The notes under the pieces: model-generated | What the model was told of the DNA's origin: nothing | The model's database searches: none | The model's input: only the letters and a program-made list of their open reading frames with translations | Assembly (NCBI GenBank): GCA_963775895.1 | Contig: CAVZKL010000010.1 | Location: 1-64,000, forward strand | DNA length: 64,000 nucleotides | Source: Candidatus Bathyarchaeota archaeon | GTDB taxonomy: Archaea > Thermoproteota > Bathyarchaeia > Bathyarchaeales > Bathycorpusculaceae | Direction of reading: 5' to 3' | In this document: positions 1-10,428 of the stretch, piece after piece | Numbering within the stretch: position 1 is the stretch's first letter | How the letters are laid out: each line of letters begins with the position of its first letter | Translations under genes and position numbers: made by a program

Positions 1-68
1 GCAGTTTAGATTTTGGGAACAAGTTATAATCCACAATTTCAGATTATCGATCCTAAGAGAGTGACGCC

Positions 69-796
69 TTGAGTTCCGAAGAGGAAGAAATCAACAGACT
101 TTTGAAAAGGGCCGCGGACAAGGCTGGAAAAGACGAGTTTCAAGATGCAGCTGAAGAAATGTCTCGAGCACGACGGATCGCTAAGAGAACTGAGAATGAG
201 AGACTGATCAAGCAAGTTGAGGCACAGGCAAAAGAAATCTTCGGAAAGCACAGACACGCGACTGAAACGCAGCCGATCCGGATGGACCCAGTGAAGGCGT
301 ACGGTTTCATATTGGACATCGGGGAGGAGGAGAAGGAATCATCGGCAAACTCAACGGAAGACAGGTAGTTGCCATCGACACGAGTGAAGAGGAACTGCAA
401 GAAACAAAGAATGATGCTTTAAAAGTTGTGATGGACGCCACAGACTGAAATTTCTGCCGAGGTCCTTCGATGTGTGCACCTCTTTCTTTTGTATGATGTA
501 CATGCCTAAAGAGAAATACGCCCAAGTCTTCAGACAGATTCACAAGGTTCTAAAGGACAACGGGAGATTCCTGTTGTGGGACGTGAAAATCCCCCCAGGC
601 AAAACAATCTCAGAGTCTTTGCGGTACGCTTGAGAATCAAGTTGCCAAGCGAAGAGGTAGAGACTGGATACCGAACAGTGTGGACAAAACTCAAGACAAG
701 GAATACTTCAGACAGCTAGCAAAGAACGCAGAGTTTAAACTGACAAAAGAGTGGACAAACGGCACAATTTTCTATTTAGAAATGAGAAAGAATTGA
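69..796 (+). CDS. class I SAM-dependent methyltransferase with helical N-terminal extension (several apparent frameshifts)
   Basis: Frames joined across indels read GFILDIGGGGEGIIG...VVAID...VMDATDLKF...SFDVCTSFF...VLKDNGRFLLWD, which contains SAM motif I and post-II/III. Stop TGA at 794-796. Confidence 0.7.
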
Positions 797-1026
797 GTAA
801 ACTGTTTCGAACATCCACCCTGAAACATTTCCAGAGATTAAAAGCCGCGCTTTTTTCCCTCATTTGTATCCGAGTTTGTCGTTAGGTCTTCTTTGAGTCA
901 TTCAGAAAACGAAAATCGAAAGGCGCCTAGGATTATCATGGTTAAAGTACTAATACAACCTGAAATCACATTAGAGAATTGACATGAAGGGGAATAGGAG
1001 GTGATAATTCTACGGAAAATTCGACC

Positions 1027-1423
1027 TTGTATAGGGCAAAGATTTCCGTGCTGTGGCTGTTTGCGGTAGTTGCTTGGTTAGGTTACTTGATATTGAAGCT
1101 TATGGAGCCAGGTGTAATAGAGACGATTCTTTCGTCGGGGGAATACGAAGGCATGAAACTGGGACCTGAAATACTACTGGCATACGCATTCGTATTGTTG
1201 GTTCTGCTGGTGATGGCTTTTCTGTCCCTGACCTTGAAGTATTCGATAAATCGCTGGGCAAACATTATCGTGGGTATAGTCGTTACAGTTGTCGACCTTG
1301 GCGGTTTAATCGAGCTTCTACCACAAGCCTTCTGCCTATGCGATACTGATTTGGGTTTCGAAGGTTGTGGTTGGAGCCTTAATCGTTTGGTACGCGTACA
1401 AGTGGCCCAAAGAGAAAACATAA
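1027..1423 (+). CDS. DUF6326-like membrane protein (frameshift near 1325)
   Basis: KISVLWLF...SLTLKYSINRWANIIVGIV; the alternative frame ends LIVWYAYKWPKEKT*, typical of this family. Confidence 0.6.
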
Positions 1424-1575
1424 CAAGTCAAGTGCAGCTTTTCTTTTCCTCTTTCCAAGCATCTGTCGAGAGCGTGACGTCGAACGGCAAAGCGTCAGCG
1501 CCAGCCTCGAAAAGTCGAAAAGTATGTTTAATGGTAGTCAGCGTATTGCAATAATGAATACAGGAAAGCAATCGC

Positions 1576-2076
1576 ATGAAGGGCAAATGGAGAATACGAC
1601 ACAGTATTCGCTTGGGAGATATAGGTTATCTCGTTTGTCTTCATGGGGTCGTGTACGCAAAAGAGTGTGGATACGACCAAACATTCGAAGCGTACGTTGC
1701 AAGTGGACTTTCAGAATTTGTCCAATCATTCAGACCGGATAGAGATCGAATTTGGCTAGTGGAAACAGAAGGGCGAATTATCGGTTCCATAGCCATTGTC
1801 GGGCATTCAAAAGTGGGCGCCCAACTTCGCTGGTTCCTAGTTCATCCTGACTACAGAGGGCGTGGTATTGGCAAAGAACTCCTGAAGGAAGCGCTTCGGT
1901 TCTGCAAGGAGACCAAGTGCAAAACCATATTTCTATGGACCACAAGCGAACTAACGGAAGCCGCCAATCTCTACACGCGCTTTGGATTCAGTAAAAGCGC
2001 GGAGAAAACGCACGAGATTTGGGGGAAGCAGGTCACAGAAGAAAGGTACGATCTGTTTTTACAAAACGATTCATGA
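1576..2076 (+). CDS. GNAT family N-acetyltransferase
   Basis: QLRWFLVHPDYRGRGIGKELL acetyl-CoA motif A. Confidence 0.9.
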   Translation: MKGKWRIRHSIRLGDIGYLVCLHGVVYAKECGYDQTFEAYVASGLSEFVQSFRPDRDRIWLVETEGRIIGSIAIVGHSKVGAQLRWFLVHPDYRGRGIGKELLKEALRFCKETKCKTIFLWTTSELTEAANLYTRFGFSKSAEKTHEIWGKQVTEERYDLFLQNDS

Positions 2077-2230
2077 AGCCCACGAAACAAGGACTTTGTC
2101 CTCACCGACTAGCTTCCGATTTTGCGGATTAGTTGACAGAAGAAAGCTGCTTTGCTCAGTGAATTCAATCAAGGGTTCCCCCACAAGTCATAAAAACTGT
2201 CACAGACAAAGCAGGACGTGGTGATGCAGG

Positions 2231-2761
2231 TTGCTCGAAGGCAAAAATGTGAACTTGAAGATTATGGAGAAAGAGGATTTACCGCTTTTTGCAGAATGGA
2301 TGAACAAGCCTGAGTTCTATGGCGAGTATAATCCTCTGCGACAGATGTCCAGAACAGAGGCAGAGAAGATGCTTGAGACCCCTGTTGAACTCAGGCCATT
2401 CATCATAGAGAAGAAAGACGGAAGCAAAATCGGTTTTGTAGCCCATTATCACGAACTATGGGGTAGACAAATGGAAATCGGTTATGCCTTGGTTCCAAAT
2501 GAAAGAGGCAAAGCCTATTGTTCTGAAGCGGTGAAAATTATGGTTGACTACTTGTTTCTTTCAAAGGATATAGTTCGCATTCAAGCCCATACTGACGTGA
2601 GAAATGCAGCCTCCCAGAAAGTCCTAGAAAAAGCTGGTTTCAAGAAGGAAGGAACAATTCGTAAAGGCCTCTTTGCGAGAGGAGAATGGAGCGACTGGTT
2701 CCTCTACGGTATTCTCAGGGAAGAATGGAAAGAACTAAAGATACTTACGAAAACCTCCTAA
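2231..2761 (+). CDS. GNAT acetyltransferase, RimJ/RimL type
   Basis: EIGYAL...RGKAY...NAASQKVLEKAGFKKEG. Confidence 0.9.
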   Translation: MLEGKNVNLKIMEKEDLPLFAEWMNKPEFYGEYNPLRQMSRTEAEKMLETPVELRPFIIEKKDGSKIGFVAHYHELWGRQMEIGYALVPNERGKAYCSEAVKIMVDYLFLSKDIVRIQAHTDVRNAASQKVLEKAGFKKEGTIRKGLFARGEWSDWFLYGILREEWKELKILTKTS

Positions 2762-2786
2762 ACCACGCGAGACGGAGGCAGGTGGA

Positions 2787-3536
2787 TTGGATCTCAGAAA
2801 AAGAACGCTGATCATAACAGGAGCTTCAAGGGGAATCGGCCGAGCTTTAGCCTTGGAACTCGCTCAAAATGGTGTCAACCTTGTCTTAAACGCCAGAAGC
2901 GGGGAACTTCTTGAGGAAGTAGCGTCTGCAGTCCGACGGAAAGGTGTTCACGCATTGACCGTGATAGGTGATGCTGCTTTGGCTTCCAACGCGCGAAACA
3001 TGGTGAAAGCTGCGATTAGCATTGGCGAATTTACTGGTTTCATTCACAATGCCGGAACTGCCCATCCTGGTCCTTTCTTGTACGAACTTCCTGAAGAAGT
3101 GTTTGAGAATGTCTGGGGGTCTAACGTGTTAGCTGCTTACCAGATTGCGCGTTTCTCTTATCCTGAGCTGCGCCGAAGGAAGAGTGGTTTAGCGGTTTTC
3201 TTTGGGTCTGGAGCTGCAGAGAGGAACGTACAAGGAATTGGAGCCTACTGCTTATCAAAGGCGGCGGAAGAACATTTGGCGAGACAACTCGCTGCTGAGG
3301 TCCCAGAGATAACTTGTTTCGTTTATCGACCTGGGGCTGTTGAGACTGATCTGCAGAAGGGCGCCCGAGAAGCAAAGGGCAGTGGAGCTGAAATGCTACA
3401 TCGTGTCTTTGGGGACATGCAGAAGCAAGGAATTATCATAACTCCAGAAGCAGCCGCGCGAGCTTTAGTGCAGATTATTCAGAGAGGCCCAGATCGCTTC
3501 CATGGCAAGATAGCTACCTATGAGGATGGATTGTGA
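2787..3536 (+). CDS. short-chain dehydrogenase/reductase
   Basis: TGASRGIG Rossmann motif, HNAG, catalytic YCLSK. Confidence 0.9.
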   Translation: MDLRKRTLIITGASRGIGRALALELAQNGVNLVLNARSGELLEEVASAVRRKGVHALTVIGDAALASNARNMVKAAISIGEFTGFIHNAGTAHPGPFLYELPEEVFENVWGSNVLAAYQIARFSYPELRRRKSGLAVFFGSGAAERNVQGIGAYCLSKAAEEHLARQLAAEVPEITCFVYRPGAVETDLQKGAREAKGSGAEMLHRVFGDMQKQGIIITPEAAARALVQIIQRGPDRFHGKIATYEDGL

Positions 3537-3549
3537 AATCGGCGCGCGT

Positions 3550-3577
3550 GGTTTGGGATAAAACTTTACCCCCAAAC
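3550..3577 (+). repeat. dyad repeat GTTTGG-N2-3-AAAACTTTACCC, copy 1
   Basis: GGTTTGGGATAAAACTTTACCCCCAAAC; homologous copies at 42481, 50421, 51977 and 52031. Confidence 0.75.
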
Positions 3578-3641
3578 ACACACACAACCCAGTTAGATTA
3601 TTATAGCGCACATGCTAGGATTATGCATTTGGTGTGCAGCG

Positions 3642-4700
3642 TTGATTGAAAGTGTGAAGATCACCAATTTCAAAGGGATAAAAGAGTGCTCGATTGACCA
3701 ATTAGCTCAGATAAATCTCTTCGTTGGCAAGAACAATTCCTGCAAATCAACTATAGTTGAAGGGATATACTATTCGTTGAAAGAGATAGCAGAATCCAAA
3801 CTCCACCAAATTTTCACAAATCGAAGCAACGTATTTGTTGGAATGAGTGAATTGTGGTATAATTACGAAATAAAAGAACCTATAGATTTCAGAATCGGTT
3901 TTAAAGATGTAGAATTGCAGTTGTCTTTAGATTTCCAACAAGAAAATCGCATTGAGTCTACCCCTAAATTCTTTGAGAAAACAAAGAACCAGTTGAATAC
4001 ACTCCCATCTTCGCTATACGTATCGGATTGGGGTCAATTGAGAAGGGTCACATATCAAAACTACGTCAGCATGCTGCCTGAGAATATTGGAAAATATCTT
4101 ATCGAATATGTCAAAGGCTGCCAATTTCTCGACAGTGGATCTAAGAAAGACGTTAATTCGCTTGAAAGACTTCTAGGCACAATCAAGACCAATCGTAGAT
4201 CAGACATCTTTGGAGAATACATTTCTGCGGTCTTTTCTCAGGGACGTGACTGGGAATTCTTACCTTGTATTGACAGAAAAGAGGAGTTCCGCGCTGCAAC
4301 CTATGTCGAAGGCACTCCTCTTTTTTTGAGTGGACTTGGCGACGGAATGCGTTTTGCCATGCAAATTATAGGAAATTGCATCCTATCAAGGAATACAGGC
4401 ATTTTCATAGAAGAAATAGAGAGCAATCAGCATCCTGAGTCTTTGGCTAAACTAATACCCTTCCTTGTCAAGCTGGCAAAGGACAATAATCTTCAACTCT
4501 TCATGACTACTCAAAGCATTAGTTTGGTTTGGGGTTATCTTGAAAAGGAATTCCCCACTCCGGAAGAGCGAAACAAATACTTTAGATGCTTCTCCGTCCA
4601 CAGAAATATTGCAAATGGACATATAACCATTGAATTACAAAGCAAAGAAGACCAAACCCAGTGGGACTCAGATCTCCATCGAGAGATGTATGGCAACTAG
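3642..4700 (+). CDS. ABC/AAA_15-AAA_21 type ATPase (OLD/AbiEii-like), stand-alone
   Basis: IESVKITNFKGI, Walker A GKNNSCKS, signature LGDG, Walker B FIEEIESNQHP, FMTTQS. The gene is AT-rich. Confidence 0.8.
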   Translation: MIESVKITNFKGIKECSIDQLAQINLFVGKNNSCKSTIVEGIYYSLKEIAESKLHQIFTNRSNVFVGMSELWYNYEIKEPIDFRIGFKDVELQLSLDFQQENRIESTPKFFEKTKNQLNTLPSSLYVSDWGQLRRVTYQNYVSMLPENIGKYLIEYVKGCQFLDSGSKKDVNSLERLLGTIKTNRRSDIFGEYISAVFSQGRDWEFLPCIDRKEEFRAATYVEGTPLFLSGLGDGMRFAMQIIGNCILSRNTGIFIEEIESNQHPESLAKLIPFLVKLAKDNNLQLFMTTQSISLVWGYLEKEFPTPEERNKYFRCFSVHRNIANGHITIELQSKEDQTQWDSDLHREMYGN

Positions 4701-4811
4701 CGCGCGCACCTCTCCTTCGAAGTATGGCTTCACAGTTTGTCGTTAAACATCGCTCGTGGGACATTAGATTTATTAGTGGTGCGTTAGGTGCGTTAAGGTT
4801 AAAGCGCGCGC
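4700..4811 (+). promoter_or_regulatory. promoter-like mini-module (ACATTAGATTTATTAGT...GTTAAGGTTAAA) between two GCGCGCGC sites
   Basis: TATA-like TTTATTA core at 4761-4777; homologous units at 5446-5554, 46097-46213, 47872-47969 and 41276-41343 (minus strand). Confidence 0.6.
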
Positions 4812-4825
4812 TAGGTGCTGTAAGA

Positions 4826-5063
4826 ATGTTGCATGATATGTTCCTTGGTTTCTTTTTTTCGGAATGGCTGTTTTTCTCATCTTGCTGGGATTGTGGGCAT
4901 GGATGGGAGCTAGCGAGGCTGAGGAAGAAGGAGAGCAGGTGGAACTACACTCCTTAGGCGCAAACAACATATCGGGAGCCTTGGCTTCAGAAACTTTGGG
5001 CAGTTCTCTGCTTTATATTTGGAGCAGGCATGATAATTCTCGGCATATTAGCACTGCAGTGAT
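4826..5063 (+). CDS. small two-TM membrane protein (frameshifted)
   Basis: AGGTG RBS directly after the 4804 site; hydrophobic segments MAVFLILLGLWAW and AVLCFIFGAGMIILGILALQ* lie in different frames. Confidence 0.45.
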
Positions 5064-5188
5064 CATCTTCACACAGAATCAAACACGCGATTGTTTCCAG
5101 CCTCCGTTGCGCGCGCTGTGGCATTCGCGTTTTATCGTAATACTGCTGAATCGTAGAAACTGAAATATCAGGCAATATTACTAGTTTC

Positions 5189-5380
5189 ATGAGAAGAATG
5201 CAGTTTCGTTGTCCTAAGTGTGAACATATCTTCGAAGTTTCCAGTTTTAGACTGATATTCACTAGAAAATATTTTGGCACTGATCCCGTGAATACAAACT
5301 TTGCCTATTACCTGAAATGCCCAAGTTGCGGGAACAAAAGTTGGCTTGTTTCTTTGGAATCAAAAAGCCCTCTGAACTGA
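5189..5380 (+). CDS. small zinc-ribbon protein
   Basis: CPKC...CPSC, 63 aa. Confidence 0.65.
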   Translation: MRRMQFRCPKCEHIFEVSSFRLIFTRKYFGTDPVNTNFAYYLKCPSCGNKSWLVSLESKSPLN

Positions 5381-5445
5381 ATGAAATATCCCAAGGACTG
5401 AACCCATAGATGTTTGATACGAACAATCTATCGTTGTGTTTTCTA

Positions 5446-5554
5446 GTGCGTGCCTCTTCACAAAATGAAGGTGAGGAATGTGTCGTCCAGTGTTTGGAGA
5501 GGAACATTAGATTTATTAGTGCTACCGTCAATGCATTTAGGTTAAAGGTGCATG
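5446..5554 (+). promoter_or_regulatory. promoter-like mini-module with decayed (GC)n borders, upstream of the 5559 gene
   Basis: GTGCGTGC ... GGAACATTAGATTTATTAGTGC ... AGGTTAAAG GTGCATG. Confidence 0.55.
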
Positions 5555-5558
5555 GAAA

Positions 5559-5930
5559 ATGTCTCGTATCTCGAAGATTGAGAACAAGGGAATATTCGTC
5601 ACGTCTGTCTTCTACGCCATCGTGGGCGTACTGTTTCTTGCACTTCTTCCATTGAACGATTTTGCACCTCACCTAGGGCTTCTTGCCGTGTTCAGCCTTG
5701 GAGCTGCCTACGGTTTGTTAACAAAACGAACTTGGTCACTGTGGTTAGTGGTCATTCTGTTCACTTCAGGCACAGCATTCGCTGCTTTCATGATCTATTC
5801 TGCTTTCATGAATGACCTGCTCATCAGCTTGATCATGATTGCCTACCTGGTTCTGACCTTGGATTTTCACAATTTACGTAGTAGCCAAAAGAGAAGTCTT
5901 GAAGGGTTAGTCGAATCGTCTCCTGCCTAG
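5559..5930 (+). CDS. four-TM hypothetical membrane protein
   Basis: Hydrophobic ORF; probable 3' frameshift with the true stop near 5910. Confidence 0.7.
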   Translation: MSRISKIENKGIFVTSVFYAIVGVLFLALLPLNDFAPHLGLLAVFSLGAAYGLLTKRTWSLWLVVILFTSGTAFAAFMIYSAFMNDLLISLIMIAYLVLTLDFHNLRSSQKRSLEGLVESSPA

Positions 5931-7154
5931 AATATGCACGGTCACTTCTTGACCAGAGTCGATGAACTGAACGTTCTCAGGGACTACTACAAAGCCCGTT
6001 GCCTTCGCCAATGTTGTTATAGCGCCAGACTCTCCAACAGAGACGGGTTCAGCAAACATTTTGCCGGACTTGTCTCGCTTCAAAGTAACCATGACAAACG
6101 TTCTTCTTCCCTTCGCCGAGAACATCCTCGCCGTCGCGATTGACTTGACGGTTGAATCTATCTCACGTTTTCTTCCTGCCATCAAATGTATTATTGGACG
6201 CGCAAGCAAATGAAAAACGAGAAGCGCCGATGTCGGATGCCCCGGCAGCAGGAACGCTGGTTTCTCACCGATCATTCCCACCGTCGTAGGCTTCCCGGGT
6301 TTGATGGCAATTCCGGAAAGGATAACACCTGGTTTTCCAAGAGACCCCAATGCTTCTGGCATGACATCTTTCGGACCGACCGAAACCCCGCCCGAAGTCA
6401 CAACAATGTCGGCGCATGTGAAGGCTTTTTTCAAAGCCTCTCGGAGTTCTTCAAGGTCGTCAGGAAAAACTCCAAGATACATGGGTTTTCCACCATATTC
6501 CAGCACTGCGGTGCTCAGACTGTACGCGTTGATGTCATAGATCTTTCCCGGAAGCAGAGCTTTGCCTGGCTCCGTCACTTCGGGACCTGTTGAGAGAACA
6601 GCCACTCGCGGAACTCTGTACACTCTAGCTTCAGCGACGCCCAATGCCGCTAGGACTCCGATTTCTCTTGAACCCAGCAACGTTCCAGATTTGAGGACTT
6701 TTTCTCCCTCTCTGATGTCTGCGCCCGCCTTCAATACGTTCGCGTTCTTGCCCACTCCGCTGAAGACACGAACCAGACCTGCCTCTTTTTCGGTGTGTTC
6801 AACCATGACGACGGCATCTGCGCCCTCGGGTATGGGCGCTCCCGTCACGATTTCTGCTGCTTGTTTCTTGTTAACTCTGATTCTGGGTAATTCTCCTATG
6901 AGCACCGTTCCGCACATTCTGAGTTCAGCAGGATTGTTTTCCTCTGCGCCGAACGTGTCTTCTGCTCTGACCGCGTACCCGTCTACCGTTGATCTATCAA
7001 ATGGGGGTATGTTGATTTTCGCCTTCACATCTTCAGCGAGAACTCGTTCGCTTGCTACTAAAAGCGGGATCCTTTCAACGCCCAAGGGTTTGGGGTTAAG
7101 CCTTTCTTGAAGAAGTTGCTCGGCCTGATCGAGGGTCAACAGTTTTCTAAACAT
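5907..7154 (-). CDS. moeA: molybdopterin molybdenumtransferase
   Basis: PPFDRSTVDGYA, TGAPIP, TSGGVSVG, KPGKP, LPGHP. Confidence 0.95.
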   Translation of the reverse strand: MFRKLLTLDQAEQLLQERLNPKPLGVERIPLLVASERVLAEDVKAKINIPPFDRSTVDGYAVRAEDTFGAEENNPAELRMCGTVLIGELPRIRVNKKQAAEIVTGAPIPEGADAVVMVEHTEKEAGLVRVFSGVGKNANVLKAGADIREGEKVLKSGTLLGSREIGVLAALGVAEARVYRVPRVAVLSTGPEVTEPGKALLPGKIYDINAYSLSTAVLEYGGKPMYLGVFPDDLEELREALKKAFTCADIVVTSGGVSVGPKDVMPEALGSLGKPGVILSGIAIKPGKPTTVGMIGEKPAFLLPGHPTSALLVFHLLARPIIHLMAGRKREIDSTVKSIATARMFSAKGRRTFVMVTLKRDKSGKMFAEPVSVGESGAITTLAKATGFVVVPENVQFIDSGQEVTVHILGRRRFD

Positions 7155-8403
7155 CGTCTTCCACTACTTCTGGGCTTTCAAACATGTGAACTGTAACTGT
7201 CTCGCCTTTTGCAACGCCCTCTCGATTCTCTGGTACGACAACGTAGCCGTTGGCCCGTGTCATCGTCGAGAACATGCTCGAACCCCTAGCACTGATCGGG
7301 TCTGCGATGAATTCGTCCTTTTTGCGCGAAACATGAACGCGGACAAGATTCTTTCTTCCGAGCGTTGTGCTCATTTTTCGATTCATTCTAGCCAACAGCA
7401 CAGGTCTCGGTTCCGTGTCTTTCAAACCGAGCATTCTGCTGATCATTGGCCTGCAGAAAACCTCGAAGCCCAGCATCGCAGCAACGGGGTTGCCCGGGAG
7501 AATAACGATTGGTTTTCTCCCGATCACCGCCAAGGCCGTTGGCATCCCCGGTCGCATCGCCACGCCGTGAACCAGAATGCCCGGTTCTCCCAATGCTGCA
7601 ACGGCTTCAGGAACAAGGTCGAGTCCTCCAACACTGGTTCCGCCCGAAGTGATTACGGCTTCTGCACTTTTTAGACCCTTCTTCAGCTTTTCTGAGATCT
7701 CATCTTCATCGTCTTTTGCGATTCCAAGGTCGACTACCTCCGTTCCCAGCTCATTACACAGTGCAGTGAGAGAAATCCTGTTGGAGTCATAGACCTGATT
7801 CTCTCCGAGGCTGCCGCCTAACATGGCAAGTTCGTTGCCCGTCGCCAAAACTGCGATTTTAGGTTTCTCGAAGACTTCGACCTCGGACACTCCGAATGCT
7901 GCTATGAGTCCGAGATGATGAGGCTTCAAGCGGGTTCCGATTTTGACAGCGACTTCTCCTTTCCGTATGTCTTCTCCTCTTCGTGAGACGTTTTCCCACG
8001 GAATCACTGGGCTCCATACTTCGAGTGTCTTGTGCTTCATTCCTGTGTTTTCAAGCATGACCACCGAGTCGGCATTTTCGGGTACCGTGTTTCCCGTCCA
8101 GACCTGTTTTGCCTGGTTTGATCCAATCGCGTCGCCATCGGTCAGTTTGAAGACTTTGGGTTTCGACTGTGTTGCTCCAGCGGTTTCTCTCGAGTTTACT
8201 GCGTAACCGTCCACTGCTGATCTGTTCGTTCTGGGCAGGTCTGTCTTCGCAATGACGTTTATGGCTAGCACTCGGTTCTGGGCACTGGGCAGAGGGATGG
8301 AAATCCTTTTCAGACGGAATTCAAGCCTAGTCAAGAACTTTTTCAGGGCATCTTCAACCGGGACCAGTTCTTGAAAACCTTTCAGCCGTACCAAAGCATG
8401 CAC
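7147..8403 (-). CDS. moeA: molybdopterin molybdenumtransferase (second paralog)
   Basis: RSAVDGYA, TSGGTSVG, MRPGMP, LPGNP. Confidence 0.95.
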   Translation of the reverse strand: MHALVRLKGFQELVPVEDALKKFLTRLEFRLKRISIPLPSAQNRVLAINVIAKTDLPRTNRSAVDGYAVNSRETAGATQSKPKVFKLTDGDAIGSNQAKQVWTGNTVPENADSVVMLENTGMKHKTLEVWSPVIPWENVSRRGEDIRKGEVAVKIGTRLKPHHLGLIAAFGVSEVEVFEKPKIAVLATGNELAMLGGSLGENQVYDSNRISLTALCNELGTEVVDLGIAKDDEDEISEKLKKGLKSAEAVITSGGTSVGGLDLVPEAVAALGEPGILVHGVAMRPGMPTALAVIGRKPIVILPGNPVAAMLGFEVFCRPMISRMLGLKDTEPRPVLLARMNRKMSTTLGRKNLVRVHVSRKKDEFIADPISARGSSMFSTMTRANGYVVVPENREGVAKGETVTVHMFESPEVVEDDV

Positions 8404-8453
8404 CTATACCAGCACTATGAAACGCTGCAAAAAAACGTATCGTACTCTTCGGT

Positions 8454-9320
8454 TCACGCGTTCTCCATTTCCTCTCTGAATATGTCGCGCATCTTCATGG
8501 CGTCCAGATCTTGGACAGGGCTTTCGCTTATCAAAATGGGATTCATTTTGAACTCGACGATGATTTTGGCGAGCAGTCGGAAGTCCGGTCCGTAGCGTGG
8601 TTCTTCCAACGTGTGGTGACGCCTTTCGCCTTTGTCTGAATACTCAATCTTTGAAAAATGGCAGTGCAGGCTTCTCAAGGCTTCGGTGCCCAGCCTTTTT
8701 TCGATTTGTTCAACGATCCTGCGATAATCATCGATGGTTCGAAAGCGTCCCAACCCTCTTGCGTGCAGATGCGACCAATCAATGACTAGTTGTGTCTGGT
8801 CCACTGTCTCGCAGAGAGATAGAACCTCATCTAGACTTCCCAGTTGATACATTTTACCCATTGTTTCGGGACCGAGTTTGACGTTCGTAATTCCGAGATC
8901 ACGCATCGTTTGAATAACGTCCCGCAAAGCGTCAGAGCACATTTTAAGAGCCACTTCGGGGGGTCTCTTGCCGTAGACTCCAGGATGGAAAACCACCGTG
9001 TGGGCACCCATCCATTCTGCCGCAGTCGCGCAAGCGATTAGGCGCTGTTTGCTGTCTTCGACAATCGTTTTCAACCCAGAGAAATTCAAGAAGTAAGAGC
9101 CGTGTAGGCTGAGCCAAACATCTCTCTGTTTGGCTTCAATGCCGAGTTTTTCTGCTTCTTCCTTTCGCACTTGCGGTTTTCTTCCCCACTGGACTGCTTC
9201 ATACTCGAAGGCGTCCAATCCTTCTTCCTGCAGAAGTCTGGGAACGTCGGCAATGGTGATTTTCATGAGTCTGAAAACTGGCGGAACGCCAGCTGGCCCA
9301 AATCTGGCACGTTGGCTCAT
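8454..9320 (-). CDS. endonuclease IV family AP endonuclease (TIM barrel)
   Basis: FGPAG, SLHGSY, FHPG, GPETMGK, DWSHLHAR, GERRHH, ISESP. Confidence 0.9.
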   Translation of the reverse strand: MSQRARFGPAGVPPVFRLMKITIADVPRLLQEEGLDAFEYEAVQWGRKPQVRKEEAEKLGIEAKQRDVWLSLHGSYFLNFSGLKTIVEDSKQRLIACATAAEWMGAHTVVFHPGVYGKRPPEVALKMCSDALRDVIQTMRDLGITNVKLGPETMGKMYQLGSLDEVLSLCETVDQTQLVIDWSHLHARGLGRFRTIDDYRRIVEQIEKRLGTEALRSLHCHFSKIEYSDKGERRHHTLEEPRYGPDFRLLAKIIVEFKMNPILISESPVQDLDAMKMRDIFREEMENA

Positions 9321-9344
9321 TAAAACCCCCAGTGTGCCGTTTGG

Positions 9345-10226
9345 CTATTTCTTGTATCTGTAACCCTTTCCTGCTCGCTCCCCATAGACGAGCACGACAA
9401 AAACAGAAACCCACGCCGCAGCGTTCTCAAGCACCAGATACTTTCCAGCGTTATCCAAAGTTGCTAGAGGCACCAGCAATTGTCCCAATCCCAACCCGAT
9501 GGTTCTGACGCTGGGCGCTACGTCGAGCAAGGCGTTGTTTATGAACGTGGCGATCCAGCCGATGGGTGGCACCGCCTCCGCGACTCCTCTGGCCCAACTG
9601 TCTACTCCGGTTACGAAGTTCAACAGTCCGTGATTGGTTCGGTACGCGTTTGAGACGGCATGGTAGATCAACTCTGGATATGCCAAAACCATGAACATGA
9701 AAGCGAAGGCTACAAAGACCACGAGCACGATCGCGGCACTTCTTACCGTCACCCTCGCGAAGTTTATTCTCGCAAGATAAGAAACAAACTTTGTTTTTGA
9801 CAAGCGTGTCTTTATTCTGCGTGAATAATCCTTCGCAGCACGGTTGATCCTAGAGATGATTCTTCTTTTTCCAGTCTTTTGCTTCTGGAAGGTATCGACT
9901 TTTCCCCTCCTTATTTCTTGTCGTTTGATCGCTGTTTTCTTAGTCAGATAAGTCCAGCAGAATGCGAGTACGATTATGACAGAGATTGGAACTAGATGAA
10001 GCATCGGGCTGATGGCCAAAGTTACCAGCCAGCTGGTTCCTGGAAACTGAAAACTCCACTGCAAAAGTGACGTGTCTTGGAGACCGAGAGCGAAAGCGTA
10101 AAGCACCATGCCGTACTCGACTAGACTTGCTGCTACGAGGAAAACGATCAGTGCGATCAAACCTTTCAGAGTGATCCAGCGAATCAGTAGAGGTCTCTGT
10201 TCAGTCTGCTTGGCCAACCATATCAC
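9345..10226 (-). CDS. hypothetical membrane protein
   Basis: 293-aa ORF with several TM helices, co-oriented with the operon. Confidence 0.75.
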   Translation of the reverse strand: MIWLAKQTEQRPLLIRWITLKGLIALIVFLVAASLVEYGMVLYAFALGLQDTSLLQWSFQFPGTSWLVTLAISPMLHLVPISVIIVLAFCWTYLTKKTAIKRQEIRRGKVDTFQKQKTGKRRIISRINRAAKDYSRRIKTRLSKTKFVSYLARINFARVTVRSAAIVLVVFVAFAFMFMVLAYPELIYHAVSNAYRTNHGLLNFVTGVDSWARGVAEAVPPIGWIATFINNALLDVAPSVRTIGLGLGQLLVPLATLDNAGKYLVLENAAAWVSVFVVLVYGERAGKGYRYKK

Positions 10227-10428
10227 CGTGCTTTTTTGGTGGATTTTGGTTCAATTATGAAGACTCTCACCTAAAAATGTGACTGTAAGACTCTCTCGCC
10301 TACGCGTCTGGCCTAACTTTTCTGTTTGAACAGACGAGTCTCGAGACGTTGCCAGATATCTTTAAACGAATCGAGGCGGAAGTTTTAACTCTAGAATCTG
10401 TCAAATGCGGTAACAATGTTGGAGCGTA

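Larger units (their letters stand above)
3542..5554. mobile_element. putative GCGCGCGC-delimited cassette array (left)
   Basis: (GC)n sites at 3542, 4700, 4804 and 5109, with decayed ones at 3606, 5446 and 5548. They separate single genes and repeated non-coding units. Confidence 0.55.
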
